64,000 nucleotides of DNA, taken from a virus. The stretch is from positions 1,060-65,059 of the IMG/VR virus record IMGVR_UViG_3300031825_000007. One strand, 5' to 3'. The notes below the pieces were generated by a model. The model saw nothing but the letters and a program-made list of their open reading frames with translations. It did no database searches and was not told the origin of the DNA. The translations under genes were made by a program, and so were the position numbers. Shown one piece after another: positions 36,048 through 45,072 of the stretch. The first letter of the stretch is position 1, and each line of letters begins with the position of its first letter.

Positions 36048-36517
36048 TGGTCGAACCTCATCAGCTCATTCACCACGTCTTCCACGTCCTCCGGGCTCGC
36101 GTAGCCGGCCGAGCGCAGCACGCGATTCCACACCACGGTCAGCACGGCGCGGTAGACGGCCTCGAACCGTTCCTCGCCCATCGCGGCAAACGACAGGCTT
36201 TCGGCCTCCAGGCGCACCTCGCCGCGCACGTTGTAGACCGACTTGTAGAAGCCGGCCAGGATCGTGATGTCCTTTCGGAACCGCTCGAAGTCCTTGGCGA
36301 CGGGCAGGCCCTTGTACTCCAGGGGCGTCATGGGCTCCCACACATCGAAGGCGAGTTTGAACAGCGCGAACGCCTTGTTGTGGAACTTGACGTTGCGGAC
36401 GCGGCGCAGCGTGGCGCGCACGCCCTGGCCGGCCTTCAGCTTCCCGACCACAGCGCGGGCGTCCTCGTCGGCCGGCGCCAGCGCGCCGGCTGGGGTCTTG
36501 ACCAACACCAAATCCAT
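36044..36517 (-). CDS. DUF1367-family protein, 157 aa
   Basis: RNVKFHNKAFAL...FERFRKDITILAGFY...SLSFAAM. Confidence 0.75.
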   Translation of the reverse strand: MDLVLVKTPAGALAPADEDARAVVGKLKAGQGVRATLRRVRNVKFHNKAFALFKLAFDVWEPMTPLEYKGLPVAKDFERFRKDITILAGFYKSVYNVRGEVRLEAESLSFAAMGEERFEAVYRAVLTVVWNRVLRSAGYASPEDVEDVVNELMRFDQ

Positions 36518-36642
36518 TACGCGCCCTCCCTCTCGTTGTGCTCGCAGCAGTGCGCGGCGGCAAGCACGCGCACGATGGCGCCGCAGATGGCAAAGACGAG
36601 CAATAGTCCGCCTACGGCGATGAAGTAGATCGCGCCGATCAT
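36517..36642 (-). CDS. Small membrane protein, 41 aa
   Basis: Single hydrophobic helix; start and stop overlap both neighbours. Confidence 0.5.
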   Translation of the reverse strand: MIGAIYFIAVGGLLLVFAICGAIVRVLAAAHCCEHNEREGA

Positions 36643-37457
36643 GCAGCACCTCCCGTGCGATAGCTCTCCCAGTCGAACACCACGGCCTCGCCGCCATCCT
36701 CGCGCAGGCGGTCGAAGATGCGCTCGCCCAGGAACGACTTGATGCCCGGCACCGCGCGGCCGGCGCCGTCGTCGCAGTCGTCGATGGTCAGGTTCGACAG
36801 CAGAATCGTCGGCCGGCGCTTCTCGTACCGCTCGTTGAGGATGTCGAACAGGATCAGGCGCTCCGTGTCGCTGCCGAACTGCACGCCCACTTCGTCGAGG
36901 ATCAGCAGGTCGGGAAATACCAGCGAGGCCACGGCCTCGCTTTCGCTCATGGCGCTGCTGCGCGACCAGGTGTCCTTCACGCGGCGCACCGCACGCATCA
37001 CGGTCGTGAACAACACGCTGCGGTTGCCATGCTCCATGACGTGCATCCCTACCCCGACGGCCAGGTGCGTCTTGCCCGTGCCCGGCCGGCCGAGGAACAA
37101 TGCGCACCGGCCTACCCGCAAGGCTTCGTCGAAGGCTCCCGCATAGCCTTCCGCGAAGGCCAGCGCGCGGCGCTGGGCGGCAGTGCGAGCGATGAACGTG
37201 CCCAGCCGACGGTCTCGGAACCGCTCGGGGATGCCAGCGTCGCCGATCTTGCGCTGCCAGGCCGCCAGGCGCGCGGCATGCTCCTTGGCCTCAACCTCGG
37301 CCCGCGCGGCGGCGGCGCATTCGGCGGCGCACTTCGGGCACCCCGTCCAGGCCAGGCCGATGTAGCAACGGCTCTCGTACTCCCCATGCGCATCGCACAC
37401 GGCCACGCGGGTCAGCGGCGGGTGGTGCATGTCCACGAGTTCACACACGCGCTTCAC
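36639..37457 (-). CDS. DnaC/IstB-like helicase-loader ATPase, 272 aa
   Basis: GRPGTGKTHL, LLILDEVG, TILLSNL, RIFDRL; GTGA overlap with the initiator. Confidence 0.88.
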   Translation of the reverse strand: MKRVCELVDMHHPPLTRVAVCDAHGEYESRCYIGLAWTGCPKCAAECAAAARAEVEAKEHAARLAAWQRKIGDAGIPERFRDRRLGTFIARTAAQRRALAFAEGYAGAFDEALRVGRCALFLGRPGTGKTHLAVGVGMHVMEHGNRSVLFTTVMRAVRRVKDTWSRSSAMSESEAVASLVFPDLLILDEVGVQFGSDTERLILFDILNERYEKRRPTILLSNLTIDDCDDGAGRAVPGIKSFLGERIFDRLREDGGEAVVFDWESYRTGGAA

Positions 37458-38557
37458 AGGCGCCCTCCGGTGCCGTAGTCGCGCTGGTCGTAGCCGGAGT
37501 GGGTCGAGGCGCGCGCGCCGGCCGCTGGGCCGGACTGCTGGCCCAGCCGGGCATACCAGGTCGCCCTGAAACCCTGCCACGAGTTCGTCGCGGACACCTT
37601 CACCGCCTCGGCGAGCGTGATGCCGGCCTTCTTCGCCTCAGCCTTCACGTCATCCCATGCGGATTGCGTCAGCGGCGCCTTCTTCGCCGTGCGCACCTTC
37701 AGCCAGTCCAGCGCGTGCTTGCGCTCGACGCCCTCGGCCACCAGCTCACGCACGCCCAGCGCGCGCGGCAGGCTGTCGTCCTGGCCGCCGGCGGGCGGGC
37801 TTTCCGGGGAGCCAGCAGGCGGATCAGCAGGTGCAGGCCCGGCGGGCGGATTTCCACCGTCATGGCCGTCAACGCCTTGAGCGCCATCCAGCCCATCTGC
37901 CTGTCCGTCAACCGGGTTCGAGGGCGCGCTGGCGTGCCCAGTCTTTTCTTCCTTCTCCTGCTCTTTCTTCTGCTCCTGCTCCTGCTCCTGATTATCGGTA
38001 GTCTTATTGGAAGCCTTCGAGGAAGTCTTCCCGGAAGCCTTTCGGGAAGACTTTCCACTATTCTTTCCGGGTACGCCAGAACCGTCAGAATCCAGCGGGC
38101 ACGCGGCTTCGAACGCCTCGGCAAAGCTCTCGCCCAGCTCTTGCAGAGCCGCATAGAGGGTTTCCCATGCCTCGCGCTTCAGGTCGCAATCGGGCACACG
38201 CGCCCACGTCGAGGCCCAGCTTTTCACCACATTCGGAGACTGCGGCAGGTTGTGCTGAATGGCCTTCGGCACAAACACGAGACGGGCTTTCCAGTCGGCT
38301 TTCACCAAGCCTTGCCCGAAGACTTCCGCGAAGGCTTTGTCGAAGGCTTCCGGCTCCCAGTCGAGCATTTCGGCAAAGCCCAGGCGGCCGACGGGTTGCA
38401 CGCCGGGCATATTGGTGGTCTGCGGCCCGATCATCAGCATGATGAACAGCCCCTGGCCAGACGGCACGAGCGGCGACAGATCGCGCACCCTCTTGTCGCC
38501 CCAGGTGCCCATCGAAACCTTGCGGAACGGGCTGGCTTTAGGTTGGTCGTGGCTCAA
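37454..38557 (-). CDS. Replication initiator (O-like), 367 aa
   Basis: N-terminal wHTH-like region, EQEQEQ linker, C-terminal WLKVRTAKKA...SWQGF; internal iterons; upstream of the loader. Confidence 0.8.
   Translation of the reverse strand: MSHDQPKASPFRKVSMGTWGDKRVRDLSPLVPSGQGLFIMLMIGPQTTNMPGVQPVGRLGFAEMLDWEPEAFDKAFAEVFGQGLVKADWKARLVFVPKAIQHNLPQSPNVVKSWASTWARVPDCDLKREAWETLYAALQELGESFAEAFEAACPLDSDGSGVPGKNSGKSSRKASGKTSSKASNKTTDNQEQEQEQKKEQEKEEKTGHASAPSNPVDGQADGLDGAQGVDGHDGGNPPAGPAPADPPAGSPESPPAGGQDDSLPRALGVRELVAEGVERKHALDWLKVRTAKKAPLTQSAWDDVKAEAKKAGITLAEAVKVSATNSWQGFRATWYARLGQQSGPAAGARASTHSGYDQRDYGTGGRL
38009..38056. repeat. Four tandem 12-bp near-palindromic iterons (candidate origin)
   Basis: GGAAGCCTTCGA, GGAAGTCTTCCC, GGAAGCCTTTCG, GGAAGACTTTCC. 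Confidence 0.65.
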
Positions 38558-39774
38558 ATCGCCCCCTCCATCTTCGTATGGAAGCCGGCAGCCCCGCGGA
38601 AGCGTTGCGCGGCAGAAATCAGGTATTCACGGCACCGCTCGGTGACGATCCAGCGCCGGTCGTTCAACTCGGCGCCGCGCCCCGTGGTGCCCCAGCCGCC
38701 GAACGGATCGACGATCAGGTCGCCCACCTCGGACAGGAAACGGACGAAGTGCTCGGCCAGCTTCACCGGCATCAGCGCCGGGTGCGTCGGCAGTCCATGC
38801 GCGGCCGAGAAGTCGCGCGCGGGCTGCTGGTCGGGGTCGCGGTGCGGGATTGACAGCACGTTGCGGGCGATGGCGCCCTCGGTCGGCGCGCCGAAGCTGC
38901 CCTCGCGCACCGTGTAGGCACCGTCGGCGTAGCGGGCATACCGCCGCACCCCGCCCGCGGCGATCAGGCGGCGGTGCGCATCGGTGTGCTCGCGCAGGCA
39001 GCGCCGGTTGTCCGCCACGACCACGGCCGGGTCGTTCGTGAACCACAGCACATGCTCGTAGGCGGTGTTGTGGTGGATGCGCTTGATCGAGGCCCAATGC
39101 ACCGGGCCGGGCGGCTTCGTCGGGTTGTGCCAGACGAACCGCTCCATCAGGTGCAGGCCCAGCTTGTCGTGCAGCGCCAGGGTCAGGCGCTCCAGATACA
39201 GCGAGCGCGCCGGCGAACCGGGCTCGAAGATGTCGTTGCCCAAGTTCAGCACCACGCTCCCGCCGGGCCGCAGGTGGGCCACGATGGGCTCCAAGATCGG
39301 CAGCAGCCAGTCGATGTAGGCGGTCTGGTTGACATTGCCGTAGGCGCGCTGCTTCGCCAGCGGGTACGGCGGCGAGGTGAAGGCCAGCGTGATCTGCTCG
39401 CCGAGCCCCTGAAACACATCTTCGGCGTTCGCCCATAGCGCACAGCCCAGATCGGTCGAAAACGCCAGCAGCACGGTCTTGCGCGGCGCCGGAGTGAGTT
39501 TCTTGCTGGCGTCGCCGCTCAAGCGCCAAGTGCCACGCTCGACGCGCTCCAGCACGCCAAGGTGCTTGAGCGTCTGCTGGTGCCAGCGCACCTTGCGCTC
39601 GAACAGGTTGCAGGGCTTGCCGGTCTTACCTACGGGCGCGCGGGTATCCAGCGCCGCCTCGGGGATGTCCAGCTCCAGCGCCAACTGCTGGAACAACTCG
39701 CGGTTCGTGAGGGTGTCGCGACCGACGAACGGCGCCATGACGGCCTCGGGCGACAGGTTCTTGATGTCTTCCAT
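38554..39774 (-). CDS. Orphan N4-cytosine-type (beta-class) DNA methyltransferase with N-terminal Mrr-N-like wHTH, 406 aa
   Basis: FTSPPY, THPALMP, VDPFGGWGTT; N-terminal VRWHQQTLKHLGVLERVERGTW. Confidence 0.85.
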   Translation of the reverse strand: MEDIKNLSPEAVMAPFVGRDTLTNRELFQQLALELDIPEAALDTRAPVGKTGKPCNLFERKVRWHQQTLKHLGVLERVERGTWRLSGDASKKLTPAPRKTVLLAFSTDLGCALWANAEDVFQGLGEQITLAFTSPPYPLAKQRAYGNVNQTAYIDWLLPILEPIVAHLRPGGSVVLNLGNDIFEPGSPARSLYLERLTLALHDKLGLHLMERFVWHNPTKPPGPVHWASIKRIHHNTAYEHVLWFTNDPAVVVADNRRCLREHTDAHRRLIAAGGVRRYARYADGAYTVREGSFGAPTEGAIARNVLSIPHRDPDQQPARDFSAAHGLPTHPALMPVKLAEHFVRFLSEVGDLIVDPFGGWGTTGRGAELNDRRWIVTERCREYLISAAQRFRGAAGFHTKMEGAI

Positions 39775-39782
39775 CGCCGCCC

Positions 39783-40733
39783 TTACTCGCAAAGCCCGTA
39801 GGCAGATGAGCATGCCGTCGGTTCGTCGAGGTCGGTCAGCAGCGAGAACTGCCGGCCGCCGCGTGACGTGCGCGCCCACTGCACTGCTTCGTGAACGCCT
39901 GCTGCACCGGCCTTCTCGATATGGAAAAACGTGACATCGGGGCGAGGCCGCGTCACGCCCTGAACCAAACGTTCCCATTGCGCGATGCGTTCGATGTGCA
40001 TGGGGAAACGACGCGCGATCTGCGCCAGTTCCGCCTTCTGGCAGTTGATGCAGGGCATGCAACCAACGCGCGTCATGCCTTGGCGATACAGCGGGTTCGG
40101 CTCAATGCCATAGGCCCGGTGGGCCTCGAACACAGACGCTACGTTCCAGCGGAGGATTGGCCTATAGATCGACATGCCCCCCCCCAGGAACTCGTATTGA
40201 GGCAGCCAGCGACGCGCCTCGGATTCGTCCGCGCGCACGCCTTGCCACGATTCGACATGGTGGCCCTGGTCGATCAGGTCGAGTTGGTATTCCGTCAACG
40301 GGTTGCGCTTCAGGTGTTCGGTGCAGAACTGGCGCCGGCGCGACGGGAAGCCTCCCCTCAACATGCACAGGTCGAGGAACGGATTGCCAGTCGGATGCAG
40401 CAACTCCAGCGCGCGGGCGGCGGCCTCCCTCGTCCAGGCCCACTTGAACTGCCGATTGCCGTACACCGCCGTCTCAGGCTCGCCAGCCGCGATGCGCGCC
40501 AGGTTCGCGCGCTTTGTGGCGAACTCGTCGTCGAAGGTTGCGCGCACCACCTCCACGTTGATGCCCAGCGCGCGCGGCAGGTACTCCAGCGCGTAGGTGT
40601 ATGTGGACTCGTGCTCATTGCCGGTGTCAGCGAATACGAATCGGCAGGCATCGTGGCCGTGCAGTTCGAGCGCGACCAGCGCGGTGGCAGTGCTGTCCTT
40701 GCCGCCAGACATGGAAACAACGTGCAGCTTCAT
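39783..40733 (-). CDS. PAPS-reductase-family (PP-loop) protein, 316 aa
   Basis: VSMSGGKDS, FADTG, RRQFCT, GVRADES, RVGCMPC. Confidence 0.85.
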   Translation of the reverse strand: MKLHVVSMSGGKDSTATALVALELHGHDACRFVFADTGNEHESTYTYALEYLPRALGINVEVVRATFDDEFATKRANLARIAAGEPETAVYGNRQFKWAWTREAAARALELLHPTGNPFLDLCMLRGGFPSRRRQFCTEHLKRNPLTEYQLDLIDQGHHVESWQGVRADESEARRWLPQYEFLGGGMSIYRPILRWNVASVFEAHRAYGIEPNPLYRQGMTRVGCMPCINCQKAELAQIARRFPMHIERIAQWERLVQGVTRPRPDVTFFHIEKAGAAGVHEAVQWARTSRGGRQFSLLTDLDEPTACSSAYGLCE

Positions 40734-41122
40734 GCGGCACCTCGCGTCGCGGCCTGCGACGCACGCCATTCGTCATCGAACGGCAAGCCCTGCGCGCGCA
40801 GTTCGGCAATGACCTCGCAGCCGATCTGGTCGGAATCGGCACGGCGCGGCCGGAAAACGCACGCGCTCGAAACTCGCCGCAGCTCGATAAGCAGGCCCGC
40901 GGCCGCCAGCTTGCGCAGGTGCACCAGTGCGACAGCCGACGACACGCCGGCCTGGCGCGCGTAATCCCACGAATGCACGGAGGTGTAGTGCCAGCTCCGG
41001 TCGTCCGGCTCCCGGCATGCAATCGTTCGGTCGCCCGTCATGTAGTGGTTGCTGTAGATCTGGCCGGATGCCACCTTGGCCGCCAGCAGCGCATCGGCCA
41101 GCATCGCCTGCATGTCCTTCAT
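40730..41122 (-). CDS. Hypothetical protein (possible wHTH), 130 aa
   Basis: ATGA overlaps at both ends. Confidence 0.55.
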   Translation of the reverse strand: MKDMQAMLADALLAAKVASGQIYSNHYMTGDRTIACREPDDRSWHYTSVHSWDYARQAGVSSAVALVHLRKLAAAGLLIELRRVSSACVFRPRRADSDQIGCEVIAELRAQGLPFDDEWRASQAATRGAA

Positions 41123-42027
41123 GCTGGGATTCCCTGAGACTTGATGGATATAGCCCAGCGCGCCGGCCCGACTCGACGGCCGATGCGCTGGAGCTGCTGG
41201 CGCACCTTCTCGCGCCAATACTGGTTCGTTGTCGGCCGCGCGCCTTCGATTTCGCGGTAGATTTCCGGCAACGTCGCCTCGCCGCCGAGCGCTTCGAGCG
41301 CCGCGCGCGTGACCGCGGCCCACGCCGAGCGCTCGCCCTGCGCGAGCAGCGCGCGATAGCGCGCCTGAAGCCGTGCAATCGCGGCGGCCTCGTGATACAG
41401 CGCGAACCCGATCAAGCCATGCCGGCCCTTTGTGAGGCGCGCGAAGCACAGAGGATGCGATAGCCCCGGGAACACGTTGCGCGGCAGCATCTGCTGCTCC
41501 ATGCCCCAGCGCGCCGCCAGCGCATCGACAGTGCTCGCGGTCTGGAACAGAAATGCGGGCAGCACGAATCCAACCTCGCCGTCGGCCGGCAGAAGATCCC
41601 AGGCGCGGTCGAGGAACTGCATCACCACCGCGCTCTTGAACGGCGGATTGCCGAGCAGAAGCGTCGGGCGAAACGGCAGATCGATCGTGCGGAAGTCGCC
41701 CACCAGCACCTCGCGCCCGCTACTCGCGCGAGCACGCGCAGCCAGGTCCGGGTCGATTTCGATGCCGATAGCGGGCACATGATCGGGAAGCGCGCGCAGA
41801 AACGCGCCCTCACCGCACGACGGCTCAGCCACACGGTCCCACATCCCGAGCCCAGGATAGAAGCGCTCGATGAGCGCCTGCGCCACCCACTCCGGCGTGA
41901 AAAACTGGCCCAACTCCATCCGGGCCGCCGTGCGATCACCTATGGTGTAACGGTTCTCACAGAGCCACGCGGAAGCCTTCTTGGCCGCCGCGCGCGCGTG
42001 AGCCGGCATCGCGCGCATATCACTCAT
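41119..42027 (-). CDS. Orphan N6-adenine-type (gamma-class) DNA methyltransferase with C-terminal wHTH, 302 aa
   Basis: GQFFTP, EPSCGEG, GNPPF; C-terminal ALEALGGEATLPEIYREI. Confidence 0.85.
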   Translation of the reverse strand: MSDMRAMPAHARAAAKKASAWLCENRYTIGDRTAARMELGQFFTPEWVAQALIERFYPGLGMWDRVAEPSCGEGAFLRALPDHVPAIGIEIDPDLAARARASSGREVLVGDFRTIDLPFRPTLLLGNPPFKSAVVMQFLDRAWDLLPADGEVGFVLPAFLFQTASTVDALAARWGMEQQMLPRNVFPGLSHPLCFARLTKGRHGLIGFALYHEAAAIARLQARYRALLAQGERSAWAAVTRAALEALGGEATLPEIYREIEGARPTTNQYWREKVRQQLQRIGRRVGPARWAISIKSQGIPA

Positions 42028-42392
42028 GCATCGACCTTCTCGCCGCTGCCCGGTGCGTACAGGCGGCCGCCGGCGGTACCGTGGCCCCGCACCCGCAGGC
42101 AAGTGCCGACGACGCGGATGTCGCCGTTGCGGATCGCTTTGGCATAGATCGGGCCGAACGCACGGTCGTCATGCGGCCGGATGCCGGCAGCGCGCGCGGC
42201 CAGCGTCACAGACTCACCCGGCACCGACTCCATCTTCTGCACGTAGTCCACGATGAACTCGTAGGCACGCTCGGCGAAGTCGGGCATGTCCTCCTTGGTG
42301 AGGTCAAGACACCGCTGCCCAGCTTCTTCGCCCAGCCGGCGTGCCGTCGCGGCGCGCTGGGCCAGCGGCGGAGCAACCGCGGCGGCGCTCAC
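42024..42392 (-). CDS. Hypothetical phage protein, 122 aa
   Basis: Coupled ORF. Confidence 0.6.
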   Translation of the reverse strand: MSAAAVAPPLAQRAATARRLGEEAGQRCLDLTKEDMPDFAERAYEFIVDYVQKMESVPGESVTLAARAAGIRPHDDRAFGPIYAKAIRNGDIRVVGTCLRVRGHGTAGGRLYAPGSGEKVDA

Positions 42393-42853
42393 AAGCCACC
42401 TCCGCGGACAGCCTGAAGCAGCTCGCCGGTCGCCTTCATCAAGCCCAACAACATGGGCTCCAGCGCGCGGCGCTCGGCGGCGTCGAATCGCCCATCCTTC
42501 GCGGCCTCGGAGCCGACACCGAACAGGTTGGATGCCGATGACACCAACGACAGGAACAGATGCACGGCCACCGCGGGGTCGCGCGGCTCTAGCTCGAAGT
42601 CCATCGGCACCTGGCCGACCATGTGCGCAAGCGCGAAGACGGTGCGCCGGGCCTGCGCCAGCATCACGATTTCGAGGATGACGCTGAACGACGGCGGCGG
42701 CGATTCGTGGTCGGGGTTGATGCCGTTCGACAGCGTATTGCCGTTCATCCCCAACGTCTCGGCAATGCCGCGCACGCCGCCGGGATATTCCTTGGCATCC
42801 GCCTGGAGAGCCAGGAACAACGCACGATGGACTTGCTTGATGGGCCTACGCAT
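42389..42853 (-). CDS. Phage regulatory CII-family protein, 154 aa
   Basis: YPGGVRGIAETLGMNGNTLSNGINP; GGAGG SD before ATG 42853. Confidence 0.7.
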   Translation of the reverse strand: MRRPIKQVHRALFLALQADAKEYPGGVRGIAETLGMNGNTLSNGINPDHESPPPSFSVILEIVMLAQARRTVFALAHMVGQVPMDFELEPRDPAVAVHLFLSLVSSASNLFGVGSEAAKDGRFDAAERRALEPMLLGLMKATGELLQAVRGGGL

Positions 42854-42941
42854 AACGAATACCTCCCTAGATTCGCCTACTGCCGTGCGGCAGCCAGCCA
42901 GATACTTGGCGCATGGAAAACTTGATGACACATCCCTGCTT

Positions 42942-43133
42942 TCAAACGTCGGTCGGGCCGATCTGGATCAGCTTCACCGGCTCGGCCTCGGGCTCGGGCT
43001 CGCCAGTTGCATCGGGATCGACGATGTACCGAGCCTCGTGCAGCCGCGTGGACTGGAACGTGGTGGCGGACATGCCCTCGCACTCGGCGCGGGCAACGAC
43101 AGTGCCGTCGGCGACGGCGGCGGTTTCATGCAT
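42942..43133 (-). CDS. Small hypothetical protein, 63 aa
   Basis: AAGGAG SD 7 nt before ATG 43133. Confidence 0.45.
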   Translation of the reverse strand: MHETAAVADGTVVARAECEGMSATTFQSTRLHEARYIVDPDATGEPEPEAEPVKLIQIGPTDV

Positions 43134-43371
43134 GGGCGGGCTCCTTGTTGAGGCTGGTGCCGCGCAAGTAGGCCCAATCAACGTCCGGGCGCATTTCCTC
43201 ACACGTCACCAAGCCGGACGTAGCTTTTTCGATTTCGGGGCAGCGTTCCGCTGGAACCTGTTTCCCCGCGTCATAGGCCCAGTTGTGGATGGTCACGGGC
43301 GAGACGCCGATGGCCTTCGCCAGGTGGGCCGCGCGGCCGCGACGGCCGGACAGGTAGGTTCTGAGGTTCAT
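43126..43371 (-). CDS. cro: Cro/YdaS-like repressor, 81 aa
   Basis: LAKAIGVSPVTIHNW...IEKATSGLVTCEEMRPD; divergent from cI. Confidence 0.88.
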   Translation of the reverse strand: MNLRTYLSGRRGRAAHLAKAIGVSPVTIHNWAYDAGKQVPAERCPEIEKATSGLVTCEEMRPDVDWAYLRGTSLNKEPAHA

Positions 43372-43379
43372 AGCGCAGC

Positions 43380-43408
43380 ATTTTAGCCAAAGGCTAAATT
43401 AACAGCAA
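43380..43408 (-). promoter_or_regulatory. PR-like sigma70 promoter
   Basis: TTGCTG-17 bp-TAAAAT; cro ATG 8 nt downstream. Confidence 0.7.
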
Positions 43409-43444
43409 GCCTAAAGCTAATTCACTTTGTTAGCCTATGGCTAT
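43383..43444. promoter_or_regulatory. OR operators: three 15-bp TTAGCC-N3-GGCTAA-type sites
   Basis: 43383-43397 TTAGCCAAAGGCTAA; 43406-43420 CAAGCCTAAAGCTAA; 43430-43444 TTAGCCTATGGCTAT. Confidence 0.85.
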
Positions 43445-43455
43445 CAAATGCCCCC

Positions 43456-44106
43456 ATGAAACTGATTGACGACATCCGCCGCGACAACCTCGCCCTGTTG
43501 GTACTGGAACACGGAACGCTGGTCGCACTCGCCAGGCAACTTGAACGCGACCCATCGCAGGTAAGCCAGTGGCTCAACGGCTCGGCTCATTCCGTGACCG
43601 GAAAGCAACGTGGGATGCGACCAGCGACGGCGCGCTATATCGAAGAGAAATGCGGGAAGCCGATGGGCTGGCTTGACATTGAACATCCACAGGCGGAGGG
43701 CCCCCGGCTAGAGCAAGCTCCCGAGATACGGGGCAAGGAGGTGCCCGTCATATCTTGGGTGCAAGCCGGCGAGTTCACTGAAGCCGTGGAATCGTGGAGC
43801 AGCGACGAGTGGGTTGATACGTCAGCCCCAGTGCATCGCCATACCTTCGCGCTCCGCGTGAAAGGCGACAGCATGGAACCCGACTTTCCTGCTGGAGTGA
43901 TAATCGTTGTGGAGCCGGATCTGGAGCCGAACCCTGGCGACTATGTGGTCGTGCGCAATGGCGGCGGAGAAGCCACATTCAAGCAACTTGTGCGAGATGG
44001 CGCAGACTGGTATCTGAAACCCATTAATCCTCGGTATCCGATAAAACCACTAGGCTCGTCGCACATCGTCGGAGTCGTGCGCGAGATGATTAAGAAATTC
44101 CGGTAG
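43456..44106 (+). CDS. cI: CI-like repressor with S24 autopeptidase, 216 aa
   Basis: HTH, VPVISWVQAGEF, VKGDSM (Ser), ATFKQL (Lys). Confidence 0.93.
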   Translation: MKLIDDIRRDNLALLVLEHGTLVALARQLERDPSQVSQWLNGSAHSVTGKQRGMRPATARYIEEKCGKPMGWLDIEHPQAEGPRLEQAPEIRGKEVPVISWVQAGEFTEAVESWSSDEWVDTSAPVHRHTFALRVKGDSMEPDFPAGVIIVVEPDLEPNPGDYVVVRNGGGEATFKQLVRDGADWYLKPINPRYPIKPLGSSHIVGVVREMIKKFR

Positions 44107-44115
44107 GAGAAACCT

Positions 44116-44568
44116 GTGAAAAGCATGGCGTCAGCCTTGACCATAGCCGCAGCCCTAGTTATCTCGGCGCCTGCACTGGCAGAAGATGCCGCACCATCAT
44201 TGCTGTCCTCCGATAAGATTTCCCGCATCGCCGGTTCCATGTTCCAGAGCTACCAAGCGGGGCGCGTGAATCAAATGCTGGCTGACGAAAACGACTGCTG
44301 GGAGGACGCCGCACGCGGCAACACCATCAACAGGAAGATCGTAGCTGCATGCGCGGTTGCCGCCACTGCTGGCGCATTCATCGAGGCGACTTACGCCAGG
44401 AGCCAGCGCCGCGGTGCGAACCCACAATATACGGGCGAGGCGATACGGGCTCGCATCCTCAAAAAGTCCAGGTTGAGTGAAGACGAAATCGACGGCATTC
44501 TCGCCAGCACAATCCAGCCGAACATCGGCGCCATCATGGTCGGGCTGAATGGCGCCGGCATGCGTTGA
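44116..44568 (+). CDS. Exported hypothetical protein, 150 aa
   Basis: Signal peptide ...SAPALA-ED; GGAG SD; directly after cI. Confidence 0.7.
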   Translation: MKSMASALTIAAALVISAPALAEDAAPSLLSSDKISRIAGSMFQSYQAGRVNQMLADENDCWEDAARGNTINRKIVAACAVAATAGAFIEATYARSQRRGANPQYTGEAIRARILKKSRLSEDEIDGILASTIQPNIGAIMVGLNGAGMR

Positions 44569-44593
44569 CCATGCCGCGCTCACCGCTCACCCG

Positions 44594-44797
44594 ATGATTC
44601 CCCTGTTCGAAAGCGACACCGCTGCGCTCGACGCATCCGGCCGAAAGACCAGGATCGACGACACCATCACCATACTGGCCGAGTGGATGGAGCCGGCTCG
44701 GGCCCGGCTCACCGAGGACGACATGACCGTGCTCCGTGAAATCGGAGCGATCCTTTACGGTGCCGGCCTCGACCGATGTATGAACAGAAATCCATAA
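44594..44797 (+). CDS. Hypothetical protein, 67 aa
   Basis: Part of ORF 44549..44797. Confidence 0.45.
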   Translation: MIPLFESDTAALDASGRKTRIDDTITILAEWMEPARARLTEDDMTVLREIGAILYGAGLDRCMNRNP

Positions 44798-45072
44798 TCG
44801 AGCACAGCACAATGCGTTCCAAATCTTCCTTGGACCAGCTTGTTTATTGCGGCAATCGCCCAGCCTGCCCGCGCACCAGCGGCTTGAAAATCGCGGACTA
44901 CCGATGCGACCGCCCTGACGACGACGCCTATAGCGAGCGGCGTGTCCATCGACGCGCCAGCCCAGACCTGGCTGGAATATTCGTGCAATGCCCTTCGTGC
45001 GCCCATTACACAGCCTTCTACCCTCCGTCCGAAGATTCCACACCATCGTCCGGCCAGAAGTCCCCAAAATAA
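44776..45072 (+). CDS. Hypothetical Cys-rich protein, 98 aa
   Basis: C-x5-C and CPSC; no clear SD. Confidence 0.4.
   Translation: MYEQKSIIEHSTMRSKSSLDQLVYCGNRPACPRTSGLKIADYRCDRPDDDAYSERRVHRRASPDLAGIFVQCPSCAHYTAFYPPSEDSTPSSGQKSPK

Noticed and set aside
37957-37990. CTCCTG tandem repeats as a regulatory array
   Set aside because: Explained by the EQEQEQ linker typical of O-like initiators.
39783-40733. Complete Dnd/Ssp phosphorothioation system
   Set aside because: No cysteine desulfurase, DndD ATPase, DndE or Ssp partners in the window.
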